Counted from the first letter of the stretch, positions 49,998-59,712 are shown. The stretch: 64,000 nucleotides of DNA from an uncultured virus (IMG/VR IMGVR_UViG_3300035429_000176) (IMGVR_UViG_3300035429_000176); one strand, 5' to 3'. Notes: generated by a model from the sequence alone, not told the origin. Made by a program: numbers and translations.

Positions 49998-50837
49998 TTA
50001 GTTAAACACTATCTTCTGCTGCAGCACTTCGTCTGCATAATATTGATTGAAACTTTTATCACTTATCCACCAATTAAACCCAAATTCGGCATCGGTGAAG
50101 TTACGATTGAGATATCCCGCATCAATCAATTTTTGAATTGTTTGTATCCACTTTCGCTTCATATGAGGAAAACGCTGGCAGTCTTTTAGCTTCTGTTTGT
50201 AGTTAGACATCGGGCAAAGAATACATCCAATACGCTTATAGCCTTCATCGTATAATTTGCAGTGCGGTATATTATTTGAGTTAAGATACTGCCAAACTTC
50301 ACGTTCAGTCCAGTAAAGAATAGGCGAGACAAGAATCTTATCTTTTCCATTGACGCATGTAACCATATTTTCTTTATGCTCGGAAAATTGGTCGAAATTC
50401 CCGCTGAATTTGCTGCTAATCTCAATTTCTTCACGTTTAGAGCGCCGCACACTTTCAGCTTTACGAATGCCGATCAAGGTGACTTTACCTGCACCGGACA
50501 TTTCTTTAAATTCAGCACAGCACCAGCGCATCGTTCGTGTAGGAATTATATGCTTTTTTAGAGCCATGTCATAAATAGACATTTTAGGCTTTATCAGTTC
50601 CACGTCTGGGTAATTCCTCTTCACAAATCGAATAACGTCCGGAGGGTCAATGCTCGTAAGGTTCATGTGAGCCTTGAATTTTACTCCTGCCATTACCGCA
50701 AGATGGTAGAGGACTTGACTATCCTTGCCGCCGGAGAAAGCTAAATAAAAGCCATTATCCGGGTCGTAGTCAAGTGCCATCTGTTCACATTTGCGAAGTA
50801 AAGCGATAGAGTAATCTATTTTAGATTGCAGATTCAT
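49998..50837 (-). CDS. PAPS reductase/DndC-like PP-loop family protein
   Basis: AFSGGKDS, RWCCAEFKE, GIRKAES..R and RIGCILCP motifs. Confidence 0.88.
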   Translation of the reverse strand: MNLQSKIDYSIALLRKCEQMALDYDPDNGFYLAFSGGKDSQVLYHLAVMAGVKFKAHMNLTSIDPPDVIRFVKRNYPDVELIKPKMSIYDMALKKHIIPTRTMRWCCAEFKEMSGAGKVTLIGIRKAESVRRSKREEIEISSKFSGNFDQFSEHKENMVTCVNGKDKILVSPILYWTEREVWQYLNSNNIPHCKLYDEGYKRIGCILCPMSNYKQKLKDCQRFPHMKRKWIQTIQKLIDAGYLNRNFTDAEFGFNWWISDKSFNQYYADEVLQQKIVFN

Positions 50838-50853
50838 TTGATTCCTTTCTATA

Positions 50854-51060
50854 TTATTTTGATTCAACTTTCTGCCATCCAAACTTAAAAATGTCTGCTT
50901 TAAGACGGGATTCAACATCTATCTTGTTTAAGATATAGCCTTTAGAGTCTACATACTCTCCATCTATGATATATAGATATTGAGTACCCATTGCTGGAAG
51001 ATATTTATGGGTTAATTTAGCACCACTTTGCATGGCTTTTATTGCTTCTCCTATATTCAT
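50854..51060 (-). CDS. Hypothetical protein (68 aa)
   Basis: ORF with ATG in the operon. Confidence 0.55.
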   Translation of the reverse strand: MNIGEAIKAMQSGAKLTHKYLPAMGTQYLYIIDGEYVDSKGYILNKIDVESRLKADIFKFGWQKVESK

Positions 51061-51072
51061 ATCTAATTTGTT

Positions 51073-51813
51073 TTACGCTAATTGTTTATCGAAAATCTTA
51101 ATACATTCAAATAAATATTTTGCCACTGTTGGATTTACCGCATTGCCGATACTTCCAACTCTGTGTGACCAATCGGGAAACCCATCATCATTTCTAACAG
51201 TGCTATGCGCTGGGATTTCAAGAATCCTTTTTGCGCAAGTATATCCGACACTCGTATCTGATGTCCACTGTTTAAATATCGAGTTAATGCTTCCACATTT
51301 GCAAACGTCGCCTTGTAATCCGATTTTGTTGGAGTAGGCAATAAGATAAAGTCTTTCCCTTTTGTGTGGGTATCCAAAAGCGTAGTTTGATATACATTGC
51401 CATTCCGCATTATACCCGATTTTGGAAAGGTCGCATAGGACTTGTTCGAGACCGGAAATAGTGAGAGCTGGCGAATTTTCAATGATGACGTATTTAGGTC
51501 TAACTTCCCATATAATTCGGTACATCTCACTCCACAACCCAGAGCGCTTTCCCTTAATACCTTCACGTTTTCCGGCAACACTGATGTCTTGACACGGAAA
51601 TCCTCCACTAATGATGTCCACATATCGGAGTCCGGTTGTTTTTGTAATATCTGTGAATCTTTCTGCATGAGGAAATTTGTTTTTTAATATTTCACCTTGA
51701 AATTTTTCTATCTCACAATTCCACAAAGTGTCAATTCCTGCCATTTCGGCACCTAATTCAAAACCGCCAATACCACTAAACAAGGAGCCGTGAGTCAATT
51801 TACTTTGCTTCAT
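51073..51813 (-). CDS. DNA cytosine-5 methyltransferase, alpha subunit
   Basis: FSGIGG (motif I), GGFPCQDIS (IV), ENS (VI), RERL (VIII), GNAV (X); motif IX is not evident in this frame. Confidence 0.9.
   Translation of the reverse strand: MKQSKLTHGSLFSGIGGFELGAEMAGIDTLWNCEIEKFQGEILKNKFPHAERFTDITKTTGLRYVDIISGGFPCQDISVAGKREGIKGKRSGLWSEMYRIIWEVRPKYVIIENSPALTISGLEQVLCDLSKIGYNAEWQCISNYAFGYPHKRERLYLIAYSNKIGLQGDVCKCGSINSIFKQWTSDTSVGYTCAKRILEIPAHSTVRNDDGFPDWSHRVGSIGNAVNPTVAKYLFECIKIFDKQLA
51135..51668 (-). CDS. Nested out-of-frame beta subunit of the C5 MTase (start uncertain)
   Basis: 177-codon alternative frame containing FPKSGIMRNG, LLPTPTKSD and EMMMGFPIGHT (motif IX-like), as in M.EcoHK31I-type enzymes. 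Confidence 0.7.
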   Translation of the reverse strand: MQKDSQILQKQPDSDMWTSLVEDFRVKTSVLPENVKVLRESALGCGVRCTELYGKLDLNTSSLKIRQLSLFPVSNKSYATFPKSGIMRNGNVYQTTLLDTHTKGKDFILLPTPTKSDYKATFANVEALTRYLNSGHQIRVSDILAQKGFLKSQRIALLEMMMGFPIGHTELEVSAMR

Positions 51814-51819
51814 TTCTGT

Positions 51820-51976
51820 TCCGATAGAATACAAAATTATCTTCACATTCTCCGTTCTGATGCGTTATATATTCATTGGTGATGATTTCGGGGTGTTTTG
51901 GCAATCGGTAAACTAATCCTCCATACACCCATTCATCGTTTTTTGAGCGTTTCCCTCTGAATTTTATCATTCTCAT
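51820..51976 (-). pseudogene. YopX-like gene remnant
   Basis: MRMIKFRGKR...VYGGL N-terminus, then frameshifted and truncated at the MTase gene. Confidence 0.45.
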
Positions 51977-52416
51977 CCTTTACCTCCTTTCTTCAATTCT
52001 GCAATAAGAGCATCGGCAAATTCCACAGAACTTACAGCAACCCCCTCAAAATCTCTCTCTCCAACCAGTACATCTCCATACTGATTACTTAATCGCCCTT
52101 GCATAGCAGCTTTTGCTATTTCATACCTGCGTTGTTCCCAGTCTATGGCTTTTTCAAATTCAAGTGCTGTTCCGGGTATTTTTCTACCGTCTTTTGTTAT
52201 GAATGAACCGCATGAAACCAGCATAGTACCTGAAGGTTCAACATCTATGACCTCGCCGGTAGCCTTTACTTTAGCTTTAAGTTTTTCAGCAGCTCTCATT
52301 TGTCTCGTGTGTTCTGCTACACAAGTTTTACACCTGTTAGGATATGATTTGCTGAACTCTGAAATATGTTTAGTCTTTCCACATACTTCACACTTCTTTA
52401 CTTCTAAATAATCCAT
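51973..52416 (-). CDS. Phage protein with N-terminal CxxC zinc finger
   Basis: CEVC...CKTC and IDWEQRRYEIAKAAMQG...ADALIAELKK. Confidence 0.7.
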   Translation of the reverse strand: MDYLEVKKCEVCGKTKHISEFSKSYPNRCKTCVAEHTRQMRAAEKLKAKVKATGEVIDVEPSGTMLVSCGSFITKDGRKIPGTALEFEKAIDWEQRRYEIAKAAMQGRLSNQYGDVLVGERDFEGVAVSSVEFADALIAELKKGGKG

Positions 52417-52418
52417 AT

Positions 52419-52643
52419 TTATTTTTTATTTGAATTAATGGTTGTTGGCTCATAGTACTTGCATTTGTCTGTTTCCGGATTGTATGCTGGCCATACCCAT
52501 TGCAAACGTGTATCGGGTGGATCAGGCAAATAGCGTTTACAACTCTTGCGGATTGAGCAGGTAACGCCCGAACAATAACTATAATCTGTATTCATCGTCA
52601 TAATGTTTTTAATTAGTTTACTGTTTTCTGAATGACTGCTCAT
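52419..52643 (-). CDS. Small Cys-rich hypothetical protein (start probably downstream)
   Basis: YCSGVTCSIRKSCKRY. Confidence 0.5.
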   Translation of the reverse strand: MSSHSENSKLIKNIMTMNTDYSYCSGVTCSIRKSCKRYLPDPPDTRLQWVWPAYNPETDKCKYYEPTTINSNKK

Positions 52644-53361
52644 TGCCGAAATTGATGATTAGCATCATTTCACGGAAACGGTCTGCAATTCGTTCGTCGT
52701 AATATTCTGCAATTTCTTTTGCCGTAAGATTGGATGAGACCAGCGTACAGAACTGCTCTTCATAGCGGAAAGACAGCATATCCATGGCGGCGGTTACGTA
52801 ATCGCCATAATGAATGCTTTCTTTCGGTTCGGAGCCGAGTTCGTCGATTGCGAGTATTTCGATTTGGCGCAGCCTTTTGTAGCGTGCCACATCGGAGGTG
52901 TTGTCGCGTGTGGGATTGTTATACGCTTTAGCCAGCAAAACGAGTTCTTTAGCCGATACCATCATGTAGCCGCGTATCGGATATGCATCCGCATTGCCGT
53001 TATACCCCTCATCAGAGCGCAAGTAGTTTATAAGGTTTTGCAATGCACGCAGAATGGTGGTTTTCCCATTTCCGGCATCGCCGCAAAGGAACAATCCGAA
53101 AGTGGAGGCTTCCGATGTAATCCAATTGGAAATGTCCCAAAGGTGCTTTTTGTATTGTTCGGTGGCATTAAATTCCCTATGCCTATGAGCAACTTCCACC
53201 CGGCACGCTTCATATAGCATAGCGTAAACTTGCTTGGCGGTATATGGCAATCTAAAACGAGTTACCATATGTTTTCTCTTCATCAGATTTGAGAAGATTA
53301 CCTCTGCGTTGATTTCTGCTTTCGGGTCTAACTTTATCATCTTTTCTTTTATTTTTATCAT
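52618..53361 (-). CDS. DnaC/IstB-like AAA+ ATPase (helicase loader)
   Basis: GDAGNGKTT, LAIDELG, SSNL and RIADRFREM motifs; adjacent to the initiator gene. Confidence 0.85.
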   Translation of the reverse strand: MIKIKEKMIKLDPKAEINAEVIFSNLMKRKHMVTRFRLPYTAKQVYAMLYEACRVEVAHRHREFNATEQYKKHLWDISNWITSEASTFGLFLCGDAGNGKTTILRALQNLINYLRSDEGYNGNADAYPIRGYMMVSAKELVLLAKAYNNPTRDNTSDVARYKRLRQIEILAIDELGSEPKESIHYGDYVTAAMDMLSFRYEEQFCTLVSSNLTAKEIAEYYDERIADRFREMMLIINFGNEQSFRKQ

Positions 53362-54052
53362 TTACAATTCTCAACCATGCGTTGAAGTGCTGTTTGGCAT
53401 CCTGTAAGGAAGAATGCCGGTCTTTCCCGTCTGCCAGGCATTGTACCCGGAAGTCGTCAAGACTGCTGCGCAAAGAGGAAATATTCGTTGCATGAAGCAC
53501 TTGTAATTGGTCAAGCCAACACTCGTCTTTTTTCAGTTCGGCAATTTCTTCATCGATAGTCATGGAGTAAGGCTCGTATTGCAGTTCGTTTTGCACTGTT
53601 GTACTACCTTGTATCGTTTGTGGATTGTCATTCTTTCGTGGCAGTTTTTCAGTTTGTTTGGGCTTTCTTTTCTCGATTAGGTTATAATCCCCAATATAGC
53701 AAACACGACGGCACTGTACGCATATACGACTATACCTTTCCTGAATACCTTTAGAAGTCAATACTTTTTCAGCGTCAAACAATTCTTTTGAAAACAACCC
53801 CAGTGTCAGGCAGGTTTTGATTACTTCTGATATATATGCCTCCTCAAATCCCGTAAGCTCCGAGCAAATGAAAGGCAACTCTTTATCCCACTTCATATAA
53901 TACCCACTCTTGTAGATATTGCAGAGCAGCAGAGCATATACCGTTATAGCTTTTCCACCTTGATACTTGATTAGTTTTCTTATTTTAAGGTCGTTAAATA
54001 TATCTATATCCAGAGGGAAATAGTCAAGACCTTTTTTAAAAGTTCGTGCCAT
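53252..54052 (-). CDS. DUF4373-family phage replication initiator
   Basis: GLDYFPLD...KIRKL...LLCNIY..GYY...LTSKGIQERY. Confidence 0.8.
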   Translation of the reverse strand: MARTFKKGLDYFPLDIDIFNDLKIRKLIKYQGGKAITVYALLLCNIYKSGYYMKWDKELPFICSELTGFEEAYISEVIKTCLTLGLFSKELFDAEKVLTSKGIQERYSRICVQCRRVCYIGDYNLIEKRKPKQTEKLPRKNDNPQTIQGSTTVQNELQYEPYSMTIDEEIAELKKDECWLDQLQVLHATNISSLRSSLDDFRVQCLADGKDRHSSLQDAKQHFNAWLRIVNDKNKRKDDKVRPESRNQRRGNLLKSDEEKTYGNSF

Positions 54053-54063
54053 ATCTGACTTTT

Positions 54064-54477
54064 TTAAAATTCATTTCTCAAATAATCATCCACTTCACGA
54101 ATGAAATCATCCAGCGAAAAGCACAGAACATATTTGTATTCTCCGTTTTCACATATTATCTTTTGCCATTCTTTTTGTGATGGAGATTGATAGCCACCTT
54201 TCTTTTTCATTTCAATGAGCAGCGCACCATAATCACGATTGCTTTTCAACAGAATCAAATCGGATACACCGGCTGTTACGCCCTCAGCTTTCAATTTGCC
54301 ACCTGTAACAGTATCACGTCTTCCTCCGTTCGGCACAGCAAACAACCGGCCTTTTAACTTTGGATACTTCAAATTGAACCACTCTACGCAAGAGCATTGT
54401 ATGCGATGTTCCTCATCGTCATATTTTTGCTTCTTTTTTCGTTTCCTTTCCATTTGAAGCATTTCCTCAAGTGTCAT
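54064..54477 (-). CDS. VRR-NUC domain nuclease
   Basis: EHRIQ, FAVPNGGRR, GVTAGVSDL, IEMK and QSPSQKEW motifs. Confidence 0.85.
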   Translation of the reverse strand: MTLEEMLQMERKRKKKQKYDDEEHRIQCSCVEWFNLKYPKLKGRLFAVPNGGRRDTVTGGKLKAEGVTAGVSDLILLKSNRDYGALLIEMKKKGGYQSPSQKEWQKIICENGEYKYVLCFSLDDFIREVDDYLRNEF

Positions 54478-55084
54478 TGTCGCTTTGCTTTTCGGGTGTA
54501 ACAATGGTGTCTTTTCCGGTCTTGTCTACTACAACTTTTTTCCCACCAACGGTTATCGTTGTCCTGCAACCTTCGGGGAGAGATTGTATGAAATTTCGTA
54601 CAACAGGCGAATTGGCATTTTCACTGATAGTATCCGTAATGGACTCATCTGCGGCATATGGATAGACATCCATAATGGCAGTTTCCGCTACCGATGCAAT
54701 TTGGTAGTCAGCCATTGTACCTTTCATACCTTCGTCCAATTTCTTCACTGCGTCACGCAAGTCGGCAACTTGTACCAACACCTGGGTAGACGTTTTTTTC
54801 TCAGCACCGCTTTTCTCGTCCAATGTGATGAAAACCAGCTTGCACTTGAACCAACGGTCGGCAGATTCGTCTTCGCATGGGAACAGTTCGCTGTAGTTGG
54901 CACGTTTGATGTCAGATACCGTGAATTCTCCTGAAATAAACGGTGTCATCTCTTCGATGATACGCGCTTCCGCTTCGGTGAAGCTGAGCGCGTCAACCAG
55001 ATAGGGTTCCGTTACTTTCTTGTTCATTCCGTTATCCATTGTCTTTTCATAACGGATTTTACATTCAAACCACGTGTGCATCAT
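54467..55084 (-). CDS. DUF4494-like protein
   Basis: WFECKIRYEK...EPYLVDALSFTEAEARI. Confidence 0.8.
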   Translation of the reverse strand: MMHTWFECKIRYEKTMDNGMNKKVTEPYLVDALSFTEAEARIIEEMTPFISGEFTVSDIKRANYSELFPCEDESADRWFKCKLVFITLDEKSGAEKKTSTQVLVQVADLRDAVKKLDEGMKGTMADYQIASVAETAIMDVYPYAADESITDTISENANSPVVRNFIQSLPEGCRTTITVGGKKVVVDKTGKDTIVTPEKQSDNDT

Positions 55085-55356
55085 GAGTTCATTTTTTCTT
55101 TGAGTTGTTTACTGACTACAAGTTTTACTGTTCGTCTAGCCGGAATGACTACCGTTGTTCTCTTGTAGATATTACGGGCTTTCCTTTCTTTTGTGATATA
55201 AGTCTTGATAGTGCCAAAACCACGTATATAGACACTTTCACCTTTACAAAGTGCTTTCTCAATAGCATCAAAAGCACAATCTACGGCTTGAATAGCCTGT
55301 GAACGACTAATAGTCGTATTGTTGATAACATGTTCAACGATCTCAATTTTTCTCAT
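55081..55356 (-). CDS. HU/IHF-like DNA-binding protein
   Basis: GESVYIRGFGT...RKARN...IPARRTVK. Confidence 0.85.
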   Translation of the reverse strand: MRKIEIVEHVINNTTISRSQAIQAVDCAFDAIEKALCKGESVYIRGFGTIKTYITKERKARNIYKRTTVVIPARRTVKLVVSKQLKEKMNS

Positions 55357-55444
55357 TGTTTTTATTTTTATTAAAATGATAGATCACTATTGTTTGGTCT
55401 ACAATTCTCAGTTTTGTATTGAGTATTTTCAACTGATTTTTTCA

Positions 55445-55624
55445 TTATGATTCTTGATTTAAATCCGCAGATAGAAGTAGGATGATGGCTGCAATGGCAA
55501 AACTCATTCCTAAAATGGCATACGTATATGCTTTAGAGGATTTGGATTCTAAAGCAAAATGAAAGTTAACAGCAAAAATGATGATATTCAAAACAATAAA
55601 TATTATATCAAAATAGATTCTCAT
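55445..55624 (-). CDS. Small two-TM protein (59 aa; below the ORF-track cutoff)
   Basis: Translated by hand: MRIYFDIIFIVLNIIIFAVNFHFALESKSSKAYTYAILGMSFAIAAIILLLSADLNQES. Confidence 0.5.
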   Translation of the reverse strand: MRIYFDIIFIVLNIIIFAVNFHFALESKSSKAYTYAILGMSFAIAAIILLLSADLNQES

Positions 55625-55672
55625 ATTACTTTATTTACTGGTTACTATTATTTTTCCTCATAATCACAAATG

Positions 55673-56422
55673 CTAATAGGGATTCTTGTTAAATGTTAAC
55701 GAAAGCCCATTTGTAGCGGCTGTTATTTCTATCTCTGGATATAATCTTTCTATTCCATGGATAAACTCCGTAGCATTGCTGTTATTGTCGGACAGATGCA
55801 GGAGTAGAATGTTGCATACTTGAGACAGGTCATTGGCTTGCAATGTGAGGAGACAGTTATCATAGGACATGTGCGACTTAATGGTGCGTTCGTAGCGTTT
55901 CTTGTCAATGCACCCGGCAGTGAAATTTGCATCAAGAATTTCCTTGCTATAATTGCACTCCAACATTACATTGTTAAGACCGGGAAATTTGTATTTTAGG
56001 AAATAGGTGTCTGTGGCAAACAGCACTGTTCCGCACTCTTCATGACGGATGAGGTATCCGTAAGGTTCCGCAGCATCATGTTGTACAGGGAACGGTATCA
56101 CTCTAAATCCATTTATCACAACTTGTTCGAATGGTAACAGCCCTTTTGCCCAATAGCTGGAAGAGAAACCAAGCGCATGTTTTGTGCCTTGACTCATATA
56201 GCAAGGTATGCAGGCGTTTATAAAATCGCCCACACATTTGGCATGGTCGCCATGCTCATGGCTGACGATACAACCAACAATGCTGTTTAGATTGAAGTCA
56301 AGAACCTTTTTTACTTTGTTGAACTTAACTCCAGCTTCCACTGCAAGTACCTCACCAGTCTTTTCAGACTGGAAGAGGTAACAGTTGCCTGATGATGAAG
56401 AACCTAATACATGAAGTTTCAT
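55673..56422 (-). CDS. Metallo-beta-lactamase-fold hydrolase/nuclease
   Basis: GSSSSGNCY, SHEHGDH, HDA, ECNY and HLS motifs. Confidence 0.88.
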   Translation of the reverse strand: MKLHVLGSSSSGNCYLFQSEKTGEVLAVEAGVKFNKVKKVLDFNLNSIVGCIVSHEHGDHAKCVGDFINACIPCYMSQGTKHALGFSSSYWAKGLLPFEQVVINGFRVIPFPVQHDAAEPYGYLIRHEECGTVLFATDTYFLKYKFPGLNNVMLECNYSKEILDANFTAGCIDKKRYERTIKSHMSYDNCLLTLQANDLSQVCNILLLHLSDNNSNATEFIHGIERLYPEIEITAATNGLSLTFNKNPY

Positions 56423-56433
56423 TTCAAATAGGA

Positions 56434-57324
56434 TTAATAGCCCGGTCCATCATCCTCGGTTGAGGCTTGGTTTTCGGTACTTGTTTCACCTTGGGTCTCT
56501 TTAATTTCTCCTGTTTCAGGGTCAACACCTGCCGGAACTTCATTGGAAACCGGAGCTGCTGCATCATCAAAACTGATAGTGCCTTTGTTGGCTTGCGTGG
56601 AAATTTCTTTCGCAACCTGTTCTGTAACATCGACATAATCGGCGTCCTCTACATTTTCTTCAACGGTACGCATACCCATTGACAGTTCCGGTGAGTATGT
56701 ATAGCACCAGAACGAGGCGGCACGGTAACGTAACATCTGTTCGGGCATAGTACGCCACTTGCTGCCGTTTTTGCTATACCAACCCTCATCAATCGCCATT
56801 TGTATGGTAACGGCTGTACCACGTAAGGCAAGTGGTGATTTTGATGTAACCGGTTTTCCGTTCTCATCATGCGTAACACCTTTAGGAGTAGTCCATGCCA
56901 CACACTTGACATTTGCCACACCGTTATTGCAAACTCCACTTGATGTCAATTCAAACTTCAGTGGTTCAAAGCGTCCACAAGTATTGATAGTGGCAATTAG
57001 GAACTTGGACGACCAAGATGGGCGACCATATACAATGTACAAGTTCTGCATTACCATAAGAGGGGATGCTCCAATGCGTGTGGCCACATCGAATGCGATT
57101 ACGCAGTTGGCTACTGCTTCGGCTTCAGAGACCGTTTTTTTAGGTCCTTCTCCGGTCTTACCGCCAACAACACCGCCAATGCGGTAACTTTCGGGTACAA
57201 GACTGGAATTGGCAAACATGGTGGAGAAACGGTTGAGCGTTTCAATGGTTGTCGGGTCAAAGAAGTTGATGCCAGCAGGAACGTTACTTTGATGTGTAAC
57301 CGGTGCGATTTGTCTTTCGTTCAT
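56434..57324 (-). CDS. RecT/Bet-like single-strand annealing protein
   Basis: PLMVMQNLYIVYGRPSW and KWRTMPEQMLRYRAA motifs; lies between the ATPase and MBL nuclease genes. Confidence 0.7.
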   Translation of the reverse strand: MNERQIAPVTHQSNVPAGINFFDPTTIETLNRFSTMFANSSLVPESYRIGGVVGGKTGEGPKKTVSEAEAVANCVIAFDVATRIGASPLMVMQNLYIVYGRPSWSSKFLIATINTCGRFEPLKFELTSSGVCNNGVANVKCVAWTTPKGVTHDENGKPVTSKSPLALRGTAVTIQMAIDEGWYSKNGSKWRTMPEQMLRYRAASFWCYTYSPELSMGMRTVEENVEDADYVDVTEQVAKEISTQANKGTISFDDAAAPVSNEVPAGVDPETGEIKETQGETSTENQASTEDDGPGY

Positions 57325-57351
57325 AATTCTAATAATTAAAGATTTAACTAT

Positions 57352-59322
57352 TTATTTTACTGTTAGTTGACTGTCTGTTGTAACCTGCAAGAATATCATT
57401 TGTGCGTTGGAAGCAATGAATGTATTCACGCTTTCGGCACGGTCAATGAACATTGGAGCATAGACTTCGTAATGCCTTGCCAATGTGTTGGTGATGTCAA
57501 TACCTGCGTTCACTTGCTTTGCTGTATTGCACGTACCATAGGACACACCATCAATTATAGGAATACATACTTCGTATTCGTTTCCGTCAAGAGTGGTATC
57601 GAAAAGTTTCCAGTGTACCATGCCAAACAGCGAGTTCAAACGGCTCTCACAATCATCAATGCGAGCTTTGGCAAACTTAGCAGCTATATATTCACGTTTC
57701 TCTATGTCGGCTATCTTCTGTGCGAGTTCACGACCTTCCTTTTCAAGACGCTCTATTTCTTTATCATAGTTGGCGATAATGGTACGGTTGTTTAGTTGGA
57801 TTTCCAAGTTCTTAATAGCAGATTTCACCAACTCGGCACGTTCGGACAGTTCGGTATCTGTCTGAGTATATGTGATATTTGCTATTTCTTTTTCTATCTC
57901 ATCCAAACGTTTCAGGTTTGCTGCATACGCAGGCAGCTCGTTTTCGTTGATGGCGGACGGTGTTGCTTTCGGGGTGGATTTCAGACGATCATACAGCCCT
58001 GCAATACATTCGTCAATGGCAGTAATCTTTTTGGAATGCTCTACAAGTTCTTCATTACGCCTGTTTAATTCCTCTCGGTATGATTCGACTTGTGTCGACA
58101 GGGATTTTCCACGTGATTGATTCTCTTTGAGCCTGTTTTGTTTATATTCTTCAAACTTTTGGAGAGCGTCTTGTATCATATTGTCGGGTAAAGGCTGACC
58201 GCAATGAGGACAGATATTATCACCGGTGTACTGTGTGGCACGAATGGATGCCCATTCGGAACGTAATTCTTCAAGTCTGCTTGTTGTTCCAGTTATTTCT
58301 TCGTTCAAATACTTGATGCGTTCTTTTGCACGGGTAATGTCTATATTGCAATCCGATCGTTCGGAATGAATATTCTTCAACTCTTTCTCGATTTCATTAC
58401 GTGTTTCGTTCTGCTTATCGGCTTCCTCCTGACGACTTCTCCTTTCTGCGGCAAGAATATCCTTCTGTTGCTGTTCGATTTGCCGTTTTTCACGGTTCAG
58501 CGCAGCTTTTTTATCGATGGCAGATTGCTTGCGAGCATCTTCAGAATGCAGAAGTTCGTTTATTTCTTCCAGCTCTTTCTTTTTGTCGGTGAGCATTTCT
58601 TCCAATAAGTTCCAATCCTCGGCTTCTGGTTTCATCTTGTCCGTTTGGTCGATACGTGGCTTGATTTCATCCGCTTGCATTTTTAGACGTTTTTTCTCTG
58701 CGGCAATCTGCCGACGATAATCCGCCAATGATTTGCCACTCAACATGTCTACGAGAGCGGTAAATTCTGCATTTCCCTGCGCCAATTCGTTGTCTGTTTT
58801 GGCTCTGGCAATGGACATTAACACTTCACGTTGAACATCTTGTTTTAACGATAGGAAATACTCGGTATTGGTTAGCATCTTGAAAAGGTTCTCATCAATG
58901 ATTTCGGCATTTATACGTTCCTTATACTCATTGACACGAACAGGTACGCCGTCCCATGTGCATTCGGTGACATTCCCCTTGAACACTTCCTCTACTTGTC
59001 CACGAGGTTTGACCCATTGCTCCTTATACTCTCGTTTGATGGTAATTTCCGTTCCATCAACGACTAATGTTCCCTCTACGGAGCATTCACAATGCTGTAG
59101 GGGATTGCCCTTTTCGTCTGTGGTGCGCAAGTTGAAGTCTTTACGGTCTTTGCTGTCCTTGCCGAAAAGCAGCCAACAGAACGCATCCATGTGCCTGGAC
59201 TTGCCGAGACCGTTACGACCACAGATACGTGTAACAGTGCCATCTGTATGGAACTGTGTTGTCCTTTCTTTTTCTCCACGCCAGTTGCGAAGCGTGATTG
59301 ATTTTAGCTGAATTGCTTTCAT
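57352..59322 (-). CDS. SbcC/Rad50-like coiled-coil ATPase
   Basis: GRNGLGKS Walker A, CPHC zinc hook, PMFIDRAES Walker B. Confidence 0.85.
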   Translation of the reverse strand: MKAIQLKSITLRNWRGEKERTTQFHTDGTVTRICGRNGLGKSRHMDAFCWLLFGKDSKDRKDFNLRTTDEKGNPLQHCECSVEGTLVVDGTEITIKREYKEQWVKPRGQVEEVFKGNVTECTWDGVPVRVNEYKERINAEIIDENLFKMLTNTEYFLSLKQDVQREVLMSIARAKTDNELAQGNAEFTALVDMLSGKSLADYRRQIAAEKKRLKMQADEIKPRIDQTDKMKPEAEDWNLLEEMLTDKKKELEEINELLHSEDARKQSAIDKKAALNREKRQIEQQQKDILAAERRSRQEEADKQNETRNEIEKELKNIHSERSDCNIDITRAKERIKYLNEEITGTTSRLEELRSEWASIRATQYTGDNICPHCGQPLPDNMIQDALQKFEEYKQNRLKENQSRGKSLSTQVESYREELNRRNEELVEHSKKITAIDECIAGLYDRLKSTPKATPSAINENELPAYAANLKRLDEIEKEIANITYTQTDTELSERAELVKSAIKNLEIQLNNRTIIANYDKEIERLEKEGRELAQKIADIEKREYIAAKFAKARIDDCESRLNSLFGMVHWKLFDTTLDGNEYEVCIPIIDGVSYGTCNTAKQVNAGIDITNTLARHYEVYAPMFIDRAESVNTFIASNAQMIFLQVTTDSQLTVK

Positions 59323-59352
59323 CTACTTTGATTTTTAATAGTGAAAAAATAG

Positions 59353-59439
59353 TGGGAGGAACAGGATTTGAACCTGTGTCCTGCTGCATCTTGGCCATTT
59401 GGGTACGTACCGCCGCTCTATCCGCTGAGCTATCCTCCC
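59353..59439 (-). ncRNA. tRNA-like element with an aberrant anticodon arm (pseudo-tRNA)
   Basis: Acceptor stem GGGAGGA/TCCTCCC, D arm GCTC-AGCGGATA-GAGC and T arm ACAGG-TTCAAAT-CCTGT are intact. The anticodon region is ~31 nt and non-canonical. Confidence 0.7.
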
Positions 59440-59442
59440 TTA

Positions 59443-59712
59443 TCATTTGAAATAGTCTTGTTGTAACCTTTGTAGTGTACGCAGTTCGATTGTGCGGTAT
59501 TCAATTTTGCCCGGACGCTTGCAGGGGGTTATTTTACCCTGCTTGCGCCATCTATCCACATTGCCACGCCCAAACATAGCGTATGCTTTTCGCTGGCTGA
59601 CCATTTCGGGGTCATTGTGTGTATCGGCAAGCATACGGACTACAGAGGACGCTACATCGCGGACGAAAGTGTCATAAGTAACGGATTTATCGGGAAAATC
59701 AATAGTGAGCAT
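59443..59712 (-). CDS. Excisionase-like HTH protein
   Basis: SQRKAYAMFGRGNVDRWRKQGKI. Confidence 0.6.
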   Translation of the reverse strand: MLTIDFPDKSVTYDTFVRDVASSVVRMLADTHNDPEMVSQRKAYAMFGRGNVDRWRKQGKITPCKRPGKIEYRTIELRTLQRLQQDYFK

